Both the position numbers and the translations under genes were made by a program. A stretch of DNA of 64,000 nucleotides from Nemertoderma westbladi (taxonomy: Eukaryota; Animalia; Xenacoelomorpha), in the NCBI GenBank assembly GCA_032718475.1, contig JAUCBJ010005407.1, forward strand, positions 1-64,000, in the 5' to 3' direction. Shown here in pieces: positions 49,801 through 63,000 of the stretch. Each line of letters begins with the position of its first letter. The first letter of the stretch is position 1. The notes beneath the pieces are model-generated. The model searched no databases and had not been told where the DNA came from. It was given only the letters and a program-made list of their open reading frames with translations.

Positions 49801-50135
49801 TTTCTTGTAGGTAGAATTTAGCCACGAACCAGGTTGGATCCTTTTTTTCTTGTAGGTAGAATTTAGCCACGAACCAGGTTGGATCCTTTTTTCTTGTAAG
49901 TAGAATTTAGTTAGCCACGAACCAGGATGGATCCTTTTTTCTTGTAGGTAGGATTTAGCCACGAAACAGGTTGGATCCTTTTTTCTTGTAAGTAGGATTT
50001 AGCCACGAACCAGGTTGGATCCTTTTTTCTTGTAGGTAGAATTTAGTTAGCCACGAACCAGGATGGATCCTTTTTTCTTGTAGGTAGAATTTAGCCATGA
50101 ACCAGGTTGGATCCTTTTTTCCTGTAGGTCGGATT
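40886..50135. repeat. 44/37-bp satellite (~9.2 kb), consensus GCCACGAACCAGGTTGGATCCTTTTTTCTTGTAAGTAGGATTTA, with higher-order structure
   Basis: Read directly. Most units carry a BamHI site. The 37-bp variant ends GTAAGTT-ACCACG. Higher-order periods show up as duplicated ORFs. Confidence 0.97.
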
Positions 50136-50210
50136 AGACGAGCGATTTTATAGATTTGTGGGAATGTTGAGGTCTCAATGGATATGTTTACAAGGTATGT
50201 GAAAGGCGTT

Positions 50211-50937
50211 ATAATAATAATAATAATAAATATATTTGTAAAGCGCCAAAATTACAATTGTGGCGTACTCAAAGGCGCTGAGATTTGCAAGAGCTCTAGA
50301 CAAACCGGTATAGATACAATGTGTGGTGCGTAAAAACGGAACATATAAAATAAGTAAGTAAGTTTAGTACAAGTAGTAATATATAACTATAAGTATAATT
50401 AAGTTATACAAAGTAAGTAAAATTATAAGTAGATTAAAACATATGCATATTAAAAGGTATTACTTAGGGCTTAAAAATATAGAGCGAATGGTTCATAAAT
50501 AAAAATAGAAATTGATAAACCATATACAGGACAGACATACAGTTGTATCATAAGGTGTACCAAACTCAAAAAACATAAGGTGTAAAATAAAATTATGAAA
50601 TGACAAGCACATATTACATATTAATAAATTCGGAACATATATGATATAAAATATAGAGTCAATGTTAAACGGTGTCTAGTATAGTTAAAATGTACAATAA
50701 AAATAATAAAGTAATACAAATGATCATACTGTAATAAAATTTAAAAAGTAGGTGATATTTAATGGTAGGCAGATCTAAAAAGATGGGTTTTTAATTTAGT
50801 TTTAAACAGTTCAATCTCGCTGACGTTTCTAAGTTCGGCAGGCAGTTATGGTTCCATAGTGTCGGGGAGGCAGAGTGGAAGGCTCGACCGCCAGAAGTGG
50901 AGTATTTGGTGCGCGGTACGACGAGTGTGGGGGCAGT
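50211..50937 (-). mobile_element. 3' end of a second L2-group LINE: ORF2 C-terminus, 3'UTR, (TTA)n tail
   Basis: Minus-strand translation reads LVVPRTKYSTSGGRAFHSASPTLWN/LPAELRNVSEIELFKTKLKTHLFRSAYH*. The (AAT)n run at 50211-50229 has an adjacent AGCGCC...GGCGCT stem, like the element at 34795. Confidence 0.85.
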
Positions 50938-50940
50938 GGT

Positions 50941-53900
50941 TGCGTTCCATTACTGGCTGTGTTCCATTACTGGCTGTGTTCCATTACTGGCTGTGTTCCA
51001 TTACTGGCTGTGTTCGTTTATTAGCTGTGTTCCTTTATTGGCTGTATTCCATTACTGGCTGTGTTCCATTACTGGCTGTGTTCCTTTATTGGCTGTGTTC
51101 CTTTATTGGCTGTGTTCCATTACTGACTGTGTTCCTTTATTGGCTGTGTTCCATTACTGGCTGTGTTCCATTACTGGCTGTGTTCCATTATTGGCTGTGT
51201 TCCATTACTGGCTGTGTTCCATTACTGGCTGTGTTCCTTTATTGGCTGTGTTCCATTACTGGCTGTGTTCCTTTATTGGCTGTGTTCCATTACTGGCTGT
51301 GTTCCATTACTGGCTGTGTTCCATTACTGGCTGTGTTCCATTACTGGCTGTGTTCCTTTATTAGCTGTGTTCCTTTATTGGCTGTGTTCCATTACTGGCT
51401 GTGTTCCATTACTGGCTGTGTTCCATTACTGGCTGTGTTCCATTACTGGCTGTGTTCCTTTATTGGCTGTGTTCCATTACTGGCTGTGTTCCATTACTGG
51501 CTGTGTTCCTTTATTGGCTGTGTTCCATTACTGGCTATGTTCCATTACTGGCTGTGTTCCATTACTGGCTGTGTTCCATTATTGGCTGTGTTCCATTACT
51601 GGCTGTGTTCCTTTATTGGCTGTGTTCCATTACTGGCTGTGTTCCATTACTGGCTGTGTTCCTTTATTGGCTGTGTTCCATTATTGGCTGTGTTCCATTA
51701 CTGGCTGTGTTCCATTACTGGCTGTGTTCCATTACTGGCTGTGTTCCATTACTGGTTGTGTTCCATTACTGGCTGTGTTCCTTTATTGGCTGTGTTCCAT
51801 TACTGGCTGTGTTCCATTACTGGCTGTGTTCCATTACTGGCTGTGTTCCATTACTGGCTGTGTTCCATTACTGGCTGTGTTCCATTACTGGCTGTGTTCC
51901 ATTACTGGCTGTGTTCCTTTATTGGCTGTGTTCCATTACTGGCTATGTTCCATTACTGGCTGTGTTACATTACTGGCTGTGTTCCATTACTGGCTGTTTT
52001 CCATTACTGGCTGTGTTCCATTACTGGATGTGTTCCATTACTGGCTGTGTTCCATTACTGGCTGTGTTCCATGACTGGCTGTGTTCCATTACTGGCTGTG
52101 TTCCATTACTGGCTATGTTCCATTACTGGCTATGTTCCATTACTGGCTGTGTTCCATTACTGGCTATGTTCCATTACAGGCTGTGTTCCATTACTGGCTG
52201 TGTTCCATTACTGGCTGTGTTCCATTACTGGCTGTGTTCCTTTATTGGCTGTGTTCCATTACTGGCTGTGTTCCATTATTGGCTGTATTCCATTACTGGC
52301 TGTGTTCCATTACTGGCTGTGTTCCTTTATTGGCTGTGTTCCATTACTGGCTGTGTTCCATTACTGGCTGTGTTCCATTACTGGCTGTGTTCCATTACTG
52401 GCTGTGTTCTATTACTGGCTGTGTTCCTTTACTGGCTGTGTTCCATTACTGGCTGTGTTCCATTACTGGCTGTGTTCCATTACTGGCTGTGTTCCATTAC
52501 TGGCTGTGTTCCTTTATTGGCTATGTTCCATTACTGGCTGTGTTCCATTACTGGCTGTGTTCCTTTATTGGCTGTGTTCCATTACTGGCTGTGTTCCATT
52601 ACTGGCTGTGTTCCATTACTGGCCGTGTTCCATTACTGGCTGTGTTCCATTACTGGCTGTGTTCCATTACTGGCTGTGTTCCATTACTGGCCGTGTTCCA
52701 TTACTGGCTGTGTTCCATTACTGGCTGTGTTCCATTACTGGCTGTGTTCCTTTACTGGCTGTGTTCCATTACTGGATGTGTTCCTTTATTGGCTGTGTTC
52801 CATTACTGGCTGTGTTCCATTACTGGCTGTGTTCCATTACTGGCTGTGTTCCATTACTGGCTGTGTTCCTTTATTGGCTGTGTTCCATTACTGGCTGTGT
52901 TCCTTTACTGGCTGTGTTCCATTACTGGCTGTGTTCCTCTACTGGCTGTGTTCCATTACTGGCAGTGTTCCATTAATGGCTGTGTTCCATTACTGGCTGT
53001 GTTCCTTTATTGGCTGTGTTCCATTACTGGCTGTGTTCCATTACTGGCTGTGTTCCATTATTGGCTGTGTTCCATTACTGGCTGTGTTCCATTACTGGCT
53101 GTGTTCCATTACTGGCTGTGTTCCATTACTGGCTGTGTTCCATTACTGGCTGTGTTCCTTTATTGGCTGTGTTCCTTTATTGGCTGTGTTCCATTACTGG
53201 CTGTGTTCCTTTATTGGCTGTGTTCCATTACTGGCTGTGTTCCATTACTAGCTGTGTTCCTTTATTGGCTGAGTTCCATTACTGGCTGTGTTCCTTTATT
53301 GGCTGTGTTACATTACTGGCTGTGTTCCTTTACTGGCTGTGTTACATTACTGGCTGTGTTCCTTTATTGGCTGTGTTCCATTACTGGCTGTGTTCCTTTA
53401 TTGGCTGTGTTCCATTACTGGCTGTGTTCCATTACTGGCTGTGTTCCATTACTGGCTGTGTTCCATTACTGGCTGTGTTCCATTACTGGCTGTGTTCCAT
53501 TACTGGCTGTGTTCCTTTATTGGCTGTGTTCCATTACTGGCTGTGTTCCATTACTGGCTGTGTTCCATTACTGGCTGTGTTCCTTTATTGGCTGTGTTCC
53601 ATTACTGGCTGTGTTCCTTTATTGGCTGTGTTCCATTACTGGCTGTGTTCCTTTATTGGCTGTGTTCCATTACTGGCTGTGTTCCATTACTGGCTGTGTT
53701 CCATTACTGGCTGTGTTCCATTATTGGCTGTGTTTCATTACTGGCTGTGTTCCTTTATTGGCTGTGTTCCATTACTGGCTGTGTTCCATTACTGGCTGTG
53801 TTCCTTTATTGGCTGTGTTCCATTACTGGCTGTGTTCCTTTATTGGCTGGGTTCCATTACTGGCTGTGTTCCATTACTGGCTGTGTTCCTTTATTGGCTG

Positions 53901-55930
53901 TGTTCCATTACTGGCTGTGTTCCTTTATTGGCTGTGTTCCATTACTGGCTGTGTTCCTTTATTGGCTGTGTTCCATTACTGGCTGTGTTCCTTTACTGGC
54001 TGTGTTCCATTACTGGCTGTGTTCCTATTACTGGCTGTGTTCCCTTACTGGCTGTGTTCCTTTACTGGCTGTGTTCCATTACTGGCTGTGTTCCTTTATT
54101 GGCTGTGTTCCATTACTGGCTGTGTTCCATTACTGGCTGTGTTCCTTTACTGGCTGTGTTCCATTATTGGCTGTGTTCCATTACTGGCTGTGTTCCTTTA
54201 TTGGCTGTGTTCCATTACTGGCTGTGTTCCATTACTGGCTGTGTTCCTTTATTGGCTGTGTTCCATTACTGGCTGTGTTCCTTTATTGGCTGTGTTCCAT
54301 TACTGGCTGTGTTCCATTACTGGCTGTGTTCCTTTATTGGCTGTGTTCCATTACTGGCTGTGTTCCTTTATTGGCTGTGTTCCATTACTGGCTGTGTTCC
54401 TTTACTGGCTGTGCTCCATTACTGGCTGTGTTCCTTTATTGGCTGTGTTCCATTACTGGCTGTGTTCCATTACTGGCTGTGTTCCCTTACTGGCCGTGTT
54501 CCATTACTGGCTGTGTCCCTTTATTGGCTGTGTTCCATTACTGGCTGTGTTCCTTTACTGGCTGTGTTCCATTACTGGCTGTGTTCCTTTATTGGCTGTG
54601 TTCCATTACTGGATGTGTTCCATTACTGGCTGTGTTCCATTACTGGCTGTGTTCCTTTATTGGCTGTGTTCCATTACTGGCTGTGTTCCATTACTGGCTG
54701 TGTTCCTTTATTGGCTGTGTTCCTTTATTGGCTGTGTTCCATTACTGGCTGTGTTCCATTACTGGCTGTGTTCCTTTATTGGCTGTGTTCCATTACTGGC
54801 TGTGTTCCTTTATTGGCTGTGTTCCATTACTGGCTGTGTTCCTTTACTGGCTGTGCTCCATTACTGGCTGTGTTCCTTTATTGGCTGTGTTCCATTACTG
54901 GCTGTGTTCCATTACTGGCTGTGTTCCCTTACTGGCTGTGTTCCATTACTGGCTGTGTTCCTTTATTGGCTGTGTTCCATTACTGGCTGTGTTCCTTTAC
55001 TGGCTGTGTTCCATTACTGGCTGTATTCCATTACTGGCTGTGTTCCATTACTGGCTGTGTTCCATTACTGGCTGTGTTCCTTTACTGGCTGTGTTCCATT
55101 ACTGGCTGTGTTCCTTTATTGGCTGTGTTCCTTTATTGGCTGTGTTCCATTACTGGCTGTGTTCCTTTATTGGCTGTGTTCCATTACTGGCTGTGTTCCA
55201 TTACTGGCTATGTTCTTTTATTGGCTGTGTTCCATTACTGGCTGTGTTCCTTTATTGGCTGTGTTCCATTACTGGCTGTGTTCCTTTACTGGCTGTGTTC
55301 CATTACTGGCTGTGTTCCTTTATTGGCTGTGTTCCATTACTGGCTGTGTTCCATTACTGGCTGTGTTCCATTACTGGCTGTGTTCCATTACTGGCTGTGT
55401 TCCATTACTGGCTGTGTTCCTTTATTGGCTGTGTTCCATTACTGGCTGTGTTCCATTACTGGCTGTGTTCCATTACTGGCTGTGTTCCATTACTGGCTGT
55501 GTTCCATTACTGGCTGTGTTCCATTACTGGCTGTGTTCCATAACTGGCTGTGTTCCTTTACTGGCTGTATTCCATTACTGGCTGTGTTCCTTTATTGGCT
55601 GTGTTCCATTACTGGCTGTGTTCCATTACTGGCTGTGTTCCATTACTGGCTGTGTTCCATTACTGGCCGTGTTCCATTACTGGCCGTGTTCCATTACTGG
55701 CTGTGTTACTTTATTGGCTGTGTTCCATTACAGGTTGTGTTCCTTTACTGGCTGTGTTCCATTACTGGCTATGTTCCTTTATTGGCTGTGTTCCATTACT
55801 GGCTGTGTTCCTTTACTGGCTGTGTTCCATTACTGGCTGTGTTCCATTACTGACTGTGTTCCTTTATTGGCTGTGTTCCATTACTGGCTGTGTTCCTTTA
55901 CTGGCTGTGTTCCATTACTGGCTGTGTTCC
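50941..55930. repeat. 17-bp minisatellite, ~290 copies, CTGTGTTCCATTACTGG with variant CTGTGTTCCTTTATTGG
   Basis: Read directly. The 17-aa periodic ORFs in all three plus frames follow from a stop-free 17-bp unit. Confidence 0.98.
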
Positions 55931-55939
55931 AGTCCAGTG

Positions 55940-56490
55940 CTACTGTATGTTATATTTGTATTGCCCAGATGTAGTTGTGTTGAGGCTATAGTTAGTCTAC
56001 ATTATCGACTTCGTTTGTAGGAACTTCCCTGCGGGCCATATGTCAGCGGCGTTGCCTTTCTTTATATGCGAGTTCCTGATCGAAGCGTGAGTGATATCAA
56101 AGTAGAAGCGTTTGGGATCGGTATCTGGGGTAATGGAGGTTGTGAACGACTTCAGGGATATGACTTTAACGGCAGCTTAGGCAGAACGCAATGTCAACCG
56201 TATGGGGCATGGTTTACCATCCCCCCTCCATATCGTATACCGAGGCGAGTTAAACCGCAGTATGAAAGTGGGTTGTTCGATGCGCTATTTAGGCGTATCG
56301 CCTGGGACGCCACGTATAATTACATTCCTCCTCTGTTGTTCACTTGTAGTAATTATTTTCTCTACTTGTACGTGTTGGTTGTTCAGCAAGCTTCCTTTGT
56401 AGGTCTATAATCTGGTCGGAGTTCTTGCGGACTATATCAGCCCATGAACCTTTATTAGCTTCTATTGCATTCGATATTTCTGCAACTGAA
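55940..56490 (-). mobile_element. Degraded LINE ORF1 remnant (coiled-coil plus RRM/Transposase_22-like, CR1/L2 type)
   Basis: Minus-strand pieces read SNAIEANKGSWADIVRKNSDQIIDLQRKL, EQQRRNVIIRGVP and RLGIRYGGGDGKPCPIRLTL. They match the RRNNxxIxGVPE and RLG...KPRPIxV motifs of ORF1 proteins. Confidence 0.6.
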
Positions 56491-56496
56491 TCTTTA

Positions 56497-58124
56497 TAGA
56501 AATCTAAGTATTCTCGATGACATTGAAGCGATTTTCGAACTGGATTCGTAGTGAACCCATATACAACATTAGATTCTGGGTTTTACATAGAAATCTAAGT
56601 ATTCTCGATAACATCGAAGCGATTCTCAAACTGGATACGTAGTGAACCCATATACAACGTTAGATTCTGGGTTTTATATAGAAATCGAAGTATTCTCGAT
56701 AACATTGAAGCAATTCTCGAACTGGATTTGTAGTGAACCCATATACAACGTTAGATTCTGGGTTTTACATAGAAATCTAAGTATTCTCGATAACATCGAA
56801 GCGATTCTCAAACTGGATTCATAGTGAACCCATATACAACATTAGATTCTGGGTTTTACATAGAAATCTAAGTATTCTCGACAACATCGATGCGATTCTC
56901 GAACTGGATTCCTAGTGAACCCATATACAATGTTAGATTCTGGGTTTTATATAGAAATCTAAGTATTCTCGATAACATCGAAGCGATTCTCGAACTGGAT
57001 TCGTAGTGAACCCATATACAACGTTAGATTCTGGGTTTTAAATAGAAATCTAAGTATTCTCGATAACATCGAAGCGATTCTTGAACTGGATTCGTAGTGA
57101 ACCCATATACAACGTTCGATTTTGGGTTTTACATAGAAATCTAAGTATTCTCGATAACATCGAAGCGATTCTCGAACTGGATTCGTAGTGAACCCATATA
57201 CAACGTTAGATTCTGGGTTTTACATAGAAATCTAAGTATTCTTGATAACATCGAAGCGATTCTCGAACTGGATTCCTAGTGAACCCATATACAACGTTAG
57301 ATTCTGGGTTTTACATAGAAATCTAAATATTCTCGATAACATCGAAGCGATTCTCAAACTGGATTCCTAGTGAACCCATATACAACGTTAGATTCTGGGT
57401 TTTACATAGGAATCTAAGTATTCTCGATAACATCGAAGCGATTCTCGAACTGGATTCATAGTGAACCCATATACAATGTTAGATTCTGGGTTTTACATAG
57501 AAATCTAAGTATTCTCGATAACATCGAAGCGATTCTCAAACTGGATTCGTAGTGAACCCATATACAACATTAGATTCTGGGTTTTACATAGAAATCTAAG
57601 TATTCTCGATAACATCGAAGCGATTCTCGAACTGGATTCGTAGTGAACCCATATACAATGTTAGATTCTGGGTTTTACATAGAAATCGAAGTATTCTCGA
57701 TAACATCGAAGCGATTCTCGAACTGGATTTGTAGTGAACCCATATACAACGTTAGATTCTGGGTTTTACATAGAAATCTAAGTATTCTCGATAACATCGA
57801 AGCGATTCTCGAACTGGATTCGTAGTGAACCCATATACAACGTTAGATTCTGGGTTTTAAATAGAAATCTAAGTATTCTCGATAACATCGAAGCGATTCT
57901 CGAACTGGATTCGTAGTGAACCCATATACAACGTTAGATTTTGGATTTTACATAGAAATCTAAGTATTCTCGATAACATCGAAGCGATTCTCGAACTGGA
58001 TTCGTAGTGAACCCATATACAACGTTAGATTCTGGGTTTTACATAGAAATCAAAGTATTCTCGATAACATCGAAGCGATTCTCGAACTGGATTCCTAGTG
58101 AACCCATATACAACGTTAGATTCT
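56497..58124. repeat. 91-bp satellite, left part (~18 copies)
   Basis: Unit TAGAAATCTAAGTATTCTCGATAACATCGAAGCGATTCTCGAACTGGATTCGTAGTGAACCCATATACAACGTTAGATTCTGGGTTTTACA. Confidence 0.97.
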
Positions 58125-60097
58125 GGGCAATTCCACGAAAAGGTCACCCCCACTAACAAAAATTGAAATGATTCAATTATACATATGATGGGTGTTAAAG
58201 TAATCCAGATATCCCAAATTGTTGGAAAAACACACACTGACCCCAATATATTTATGTAACTTCAAAAAAAAATAGGACTGAATATGAAGTAAATATATTC
58301 AATAAATCATATTGAAAATTCATTGAACTACTTTTGCAATTATCTACACCTCATGGGGACAAGGAAAAAATAAAATTACCAATTACTAACAGAAAAACTA
58401 ATGGAGTTACAGTGTCAGAGATTTGGAGATTTCATATATAGGGTATAATGTTCTACTATGCGGTTGTAATAGACCAAGTTAAAAATTACGTCCGTTACGG
58501 AAAAAGGTAAAATTTTTAAAATACAGGAGGAAGGGGTGATGTATTAAACTCATCACTTTCTGTGCAAAGCAGATTTATTGTCTAGTAACTTTCGACAAAA
58601 AACTAACATCAATGCAGCATGTCTTTGTTGTGTATTTATCGTAATGGACGTAATTTGTGTTGAATTATGTTTAAGCGAGGAAATTGATACAATGACAATT
58701 ACCGGTCCTGTGGTGTTTTTAGGCATTATTGGGGACTGTTGAATATAAATTAAGTGAATAAATAACAATAATTAATGGCAAGAATTTGGGACAAAAATTG
58801 TATGTATGGCAATAATTTTAGTTTCCCGAGACAGGTTGATCTTCGTTTAAGTTTTCTGTGATTTAAACCCTTAACATTGTATCCTCTCATTTTTGTAATC
58901 CCGTTGGACCTGCTTTTCACCATATAAATGTTACCAATAGCAATAAATTTAATATATTAGGCTTATCATTAAACAAAAACCATGCTAAAATTGGAAGTAT
59001 TTCATAAAATAGGTACCATTGGTTGGTTATAGAGCAGTAACCATCTAATGTGGAGAAGGAGTAAATATAATATCAAATTACTGACAGAAAAACTAATGGA
59101 GATACAGTGAAGGAACTTTGGTGACTTCAAATATAGGGTATCATGTTCTACTAAGTGGTTGTAATAGACTAAGTAAAAAAATACGTCCGTTACGGAAAAA
59201 GGTAAATTTTGAAGATATTAGAGGAAGGGGTGATGTATTCGACTCATTGCTTTCAGTGCAAAGCAGACTTATTGTCTATACTTATTGTCTTATAACTTGA
59301 GACAAAAAACTAACATCATTGCAGTAAGTCTTTGCTGTGTATTTTATCGTAACGGACGTAACTGGTTCGCTATAGAGCAGTGACCATCTCCTACACTCTT
59401 CAAACAGCGCTACAGCCCTGTAATTTCTCCATTTATGTTGGTTGCGGTTTGTTTTTGGCTATTAACAGCCTAACCTGAAGGATTGGCTACTTATATTGTG
59501 TTACTGATAGTAAGGCTGCCTTTATTGCCTTTATGCCAAAATTTAGCTCTTCTGCACCTCTGGACTTCTTTTTATCCAAAATACTATATTAAAAAATATT
59601 CAGTGTGACTTAAGTAATGGATTTGCACATTTGTTTAGTTGAAAACATCAATTTACAGGCAATGGAAAGTAACACCATGTAACATAATTGCACAGTTACG
59701 TCCGTTACAGGAGATGGTTACGTCCGTTACGCAAATCAATTGCAAACTGCATGAAAACCAGTGGTCAGTAGCCCTAAATTATTTTATTAATATGTTCGGC
59801 ATCTATTCTGCAATCATTACTAAGAAGGGTTTGTCAGAACATTGCTTCAATTCGCACGAATATTGATGAGAACATGGCTACCTCAGAAATTCCATTTTGT
59901 GCGATTACGTCCGTTACAGGTGTATTAGCTTGTCCTATAAGCACATGCAATTATTTAATAATAATCTGGGGTATTTACGTTATAGTACCAGTGGTCCAGC
60001 AACACCACACAAAATATTTATAAAAAATACTCAGTGCTGTTCGCAGTGGAGGCCTTTAAACTCGGTGATAGTTACGTCCGTTACTGTGGAATTGCCC
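58125..60097. mobile_element. Non-autonomous DNA transposon, 1973 bp, 12-bp TIR GGGCAATTCCAC, 4-bp TSD TTCT (Sola2-like termini)
   Basis: GA-TTCT|GGGCAATTCCAC...GTGGAATTGCCC|TTCT-GGGTTTT. Removing the element and one TTCT restores the satellite monomer exactly. No transposase ORF. The superfamily is inferred from GRG termini plus a 4-bp TSD. Confidence 0.88.
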
Positions 60098-63000
60098 TTC
60101 TGGGTTTTACATAGAAATCTAAGTATTCTCGATAACATCGAAGCGTTTCTCAAACTGGATTCCTAGTGAACCCATATACAACGTTAGATTCTGGGTTTTA
60201 CATAGAAATCTAAGTATTCTCGATAACATCGAAGCAATTCTCGAACTGGATTCATAGTGAACCCATATACAACGTTAGATTCTGGGTTTTACATAGAAAT
60301 CTAAGTATTCTCGATAACATCGAAGCGATTCTCGAACTGGATTCCTAGTGAACCCGTATACAACGTTAGATTCTGGGTTTTACATAGAAATCTAAGTATT
60401 CTCGATAACTTCGAAGCGATTCTCGAACTGGATTCGTAGTGAACCCATATACAACGTTAGATTCTGGGTTTTACATAGAAATCTAAGTATTCTCGATAAC
60501 ATCGAAGCGATTCTCGAACTGGATTCGTAGTGAACCCATATACAACGTTAGATTCTGGGTTTTACATAGAAATCTAAGTATTCTCGATAACATCGAAGCA
60601 ATTCTCGAACTGGATTCGTAGTGAACCCATATACAACATTAGATTCTGGGTTTTACATAGAAATCTAAGTATCCTCGATAACATCGAAGCGATTCTCGAA
60701 CTGGATTTGTAGTGAACCCATATACAACGTTAGATTCTGGGTTTTACATAGAAATCTAAGTATTCTCGATAACATCGAAGCGATTCTCGAACTGGATTCC
60801 TAGTGAACCCATATACAACGTTAGATTCTGGGTTTTACATAGAAATCTAAGTATTCTCGATAACATTGAAGCGATTCTCGAACTGGATTCGTAGTGAACC
60901 CATATACAACGTTAGATTCTGGGTTTTACATAGAAATCTAAGTATTCTCGATAATATCGAAGTGATTCTCGAACTGGATTCGTAGTAAACCTATATACAA
61001 CGTTAGATTCTGGGTTTTACATAGAAATCTAAGTATTCTCGATAACATCGAAGCGATTCTCAAACTGGATTCGTAGTGAACCCATATACAACGTTAGATT
61101 CTGGGTTTTACATAGAAATCTAAGTATTCTCGATAACATCGAAGCGATTCTCGAACTGGATTCGTAGTGAACCCATATACAACGTTAGATTCTGGGTTTT
61201 ACATAGAAATCTAAGTATACTCGATAACATCGAAGCGATTCTCGAACTGGATTCGTAGTGAACCCATATACAACGTTAGATTCTGGGTTTTACATAGAAA
61301 TCTAAGTATTCTCGATAACATCGAAGTGATTCTCAAACTGGATTCGTAGTGAACCCATATACAACATTAGATTCTGGGTTTTACATAGAAATCTAAGTAT
61401 TCTCGATAACATCGAAGCGATTCTCGAACTGGATTCGTAGTGAACCCATATACAATGTTAGATTCTGGGTTTTACATAGAAAATCGAAGTGATTCTCGAA
61501 CTGGATTCGTAGTGAACCCATATACAATGTTAGATTCTGGGTTTTACATAGAAATCTAAGTATTCTCGATAACATCGAAGCGATTCTCGAACTGAATTCG
61601 TAGTGAACCCATATACAATGTTAGATTCTGGGTTTTACATAGAAATCTAAGTATTCTCGATAACATCGAAGCGATTCTCGAACTGGATTCTTAGTGAACC
61701 CATATACAACGTTAGAATCTGGGTTTTACATAGAAATCTAAGTATTCTTGATAACATCGAAGCGATTCTCGAACTGAATTCATAGTGAACCCATATACAA
61801 CGTTAGATTCTGGGTTTTACATAGAAATCTAAGTATTCTCGATAACATCGAAGTGATTCTCGAACTGGATTCGTAGTGAACCCATATACAACGTTAGATT
61901 CTGGGTTTTACATAGAAATCTAAGTATTCTCGATGACATCGAAGCGATTCTCGAACTGGATTCGTAGTGAACCCATATACAACGTTAGATTCTGGGTTTT
62001 ACATAGAAATCTAAGTATTCTCGATAACATCGAAGCGATTCTCGAACTGGATTCGTAGTGAACCCATATACAACGTTAGATTCTGGGTTTTACATAGAAA
62101 TCTAAGTATTCTTGGTAACATCAATGCGATTCTCGAACTGGATTCGTAGTGAACCCATATACAACGTTAGATTCTGGGTTTTACATAGAAATCTAAGTAT
62201 TCTCGATAACATCGATGCGATTCTCGAACTGGATTCATAGTGAACCCATATACAATGAGAGATTCTGGGTTTTACATAGAAATCTAAGTATTCTCGATAA
62301 CATCGAAGTGATTCTCGAACTGGATTCGTAGTGAACCCATATACAACGTTAGATTCTGGGTTTTACATAGAAATCTAAGTATTCTCGATAACATCGAAGC
62401 GATTCTCGAACTGGATTCGTAGTGAACCCATATACAACGTTAGATTCTGGGTTTTACATAGAAATCTAAGTATTCTCGATAACATCGAAGCGATTCTCGA
62501 ACTGGATTCGTAGTGAACCCATATACAACGTTAGATTCTGGGTTTTACATAGAAATCTAAGTATTCTCGATAACATCGAAGCGATTCTCGAACTGGATTC
62601 GTAGTGAACCCATATACAACGTTAGATTCTGGGTTTTACATAGAAATCTAAGTATTCTTGGTAACATCAATGCGATTCTCGAACTGGATTCGTAGTGAAC
62701 CCATATACAACGTTAGATTCTGGGTTTTACATAGAAATCTAAGTATTCTCGATAACATCGATGCGATTCTCGAACTGGATTCGTAGTGAACCCATATACA
62801 ATGAGAGATTCTGGGTTTTACATAGAAATCTAAGTATTCTCGATAACATCGAAGTGATTCTCGAACTGGATTCGTAGTGAACCCATATACAACGTTAGAT
62901 TCTGGGTTTTACATAGAAATCTAAGTATTCTCGATAACATCGAAGCGATTCTCGAACTGGATTCGTAGTGAACCCATATACAACGTTAGATTCTGGGTTT

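Noticed and set aside
40917-49962. Many 60-113 aa minus-strand ORFs (MAKSYLQEKRIQPGSW...)
   Set aside because: These are satellite translations with variable T-run lengths that shift frame freely.
40886-50135. Telomeric or degenerate telomeric repeat
   Set aside because: There are no TTAGGG/TTAGG runs. GTAGGATTTAG is only a fragment of a 44-bp unit.
50859-56020. Very long ORFs (up to 1297 aa) of YWLCSITGCVPLLAVFH repeats
   Set aside because: A stop-free 17-bp unit gives the same peptide in all three frames. There is no codon-position bias or unique domain, so this is an artefact.
56066-56410. 114-aa plus-strand ORF as a host gene
   Set aside because: It is antisense to the ORF1-like remnant and has no recognisable domain.
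58553-60166. Short ORFs inside the TIR element as transposase
   Set aside because: All are under 90 aa, AT-rich and lack DDE/DDD motifs.
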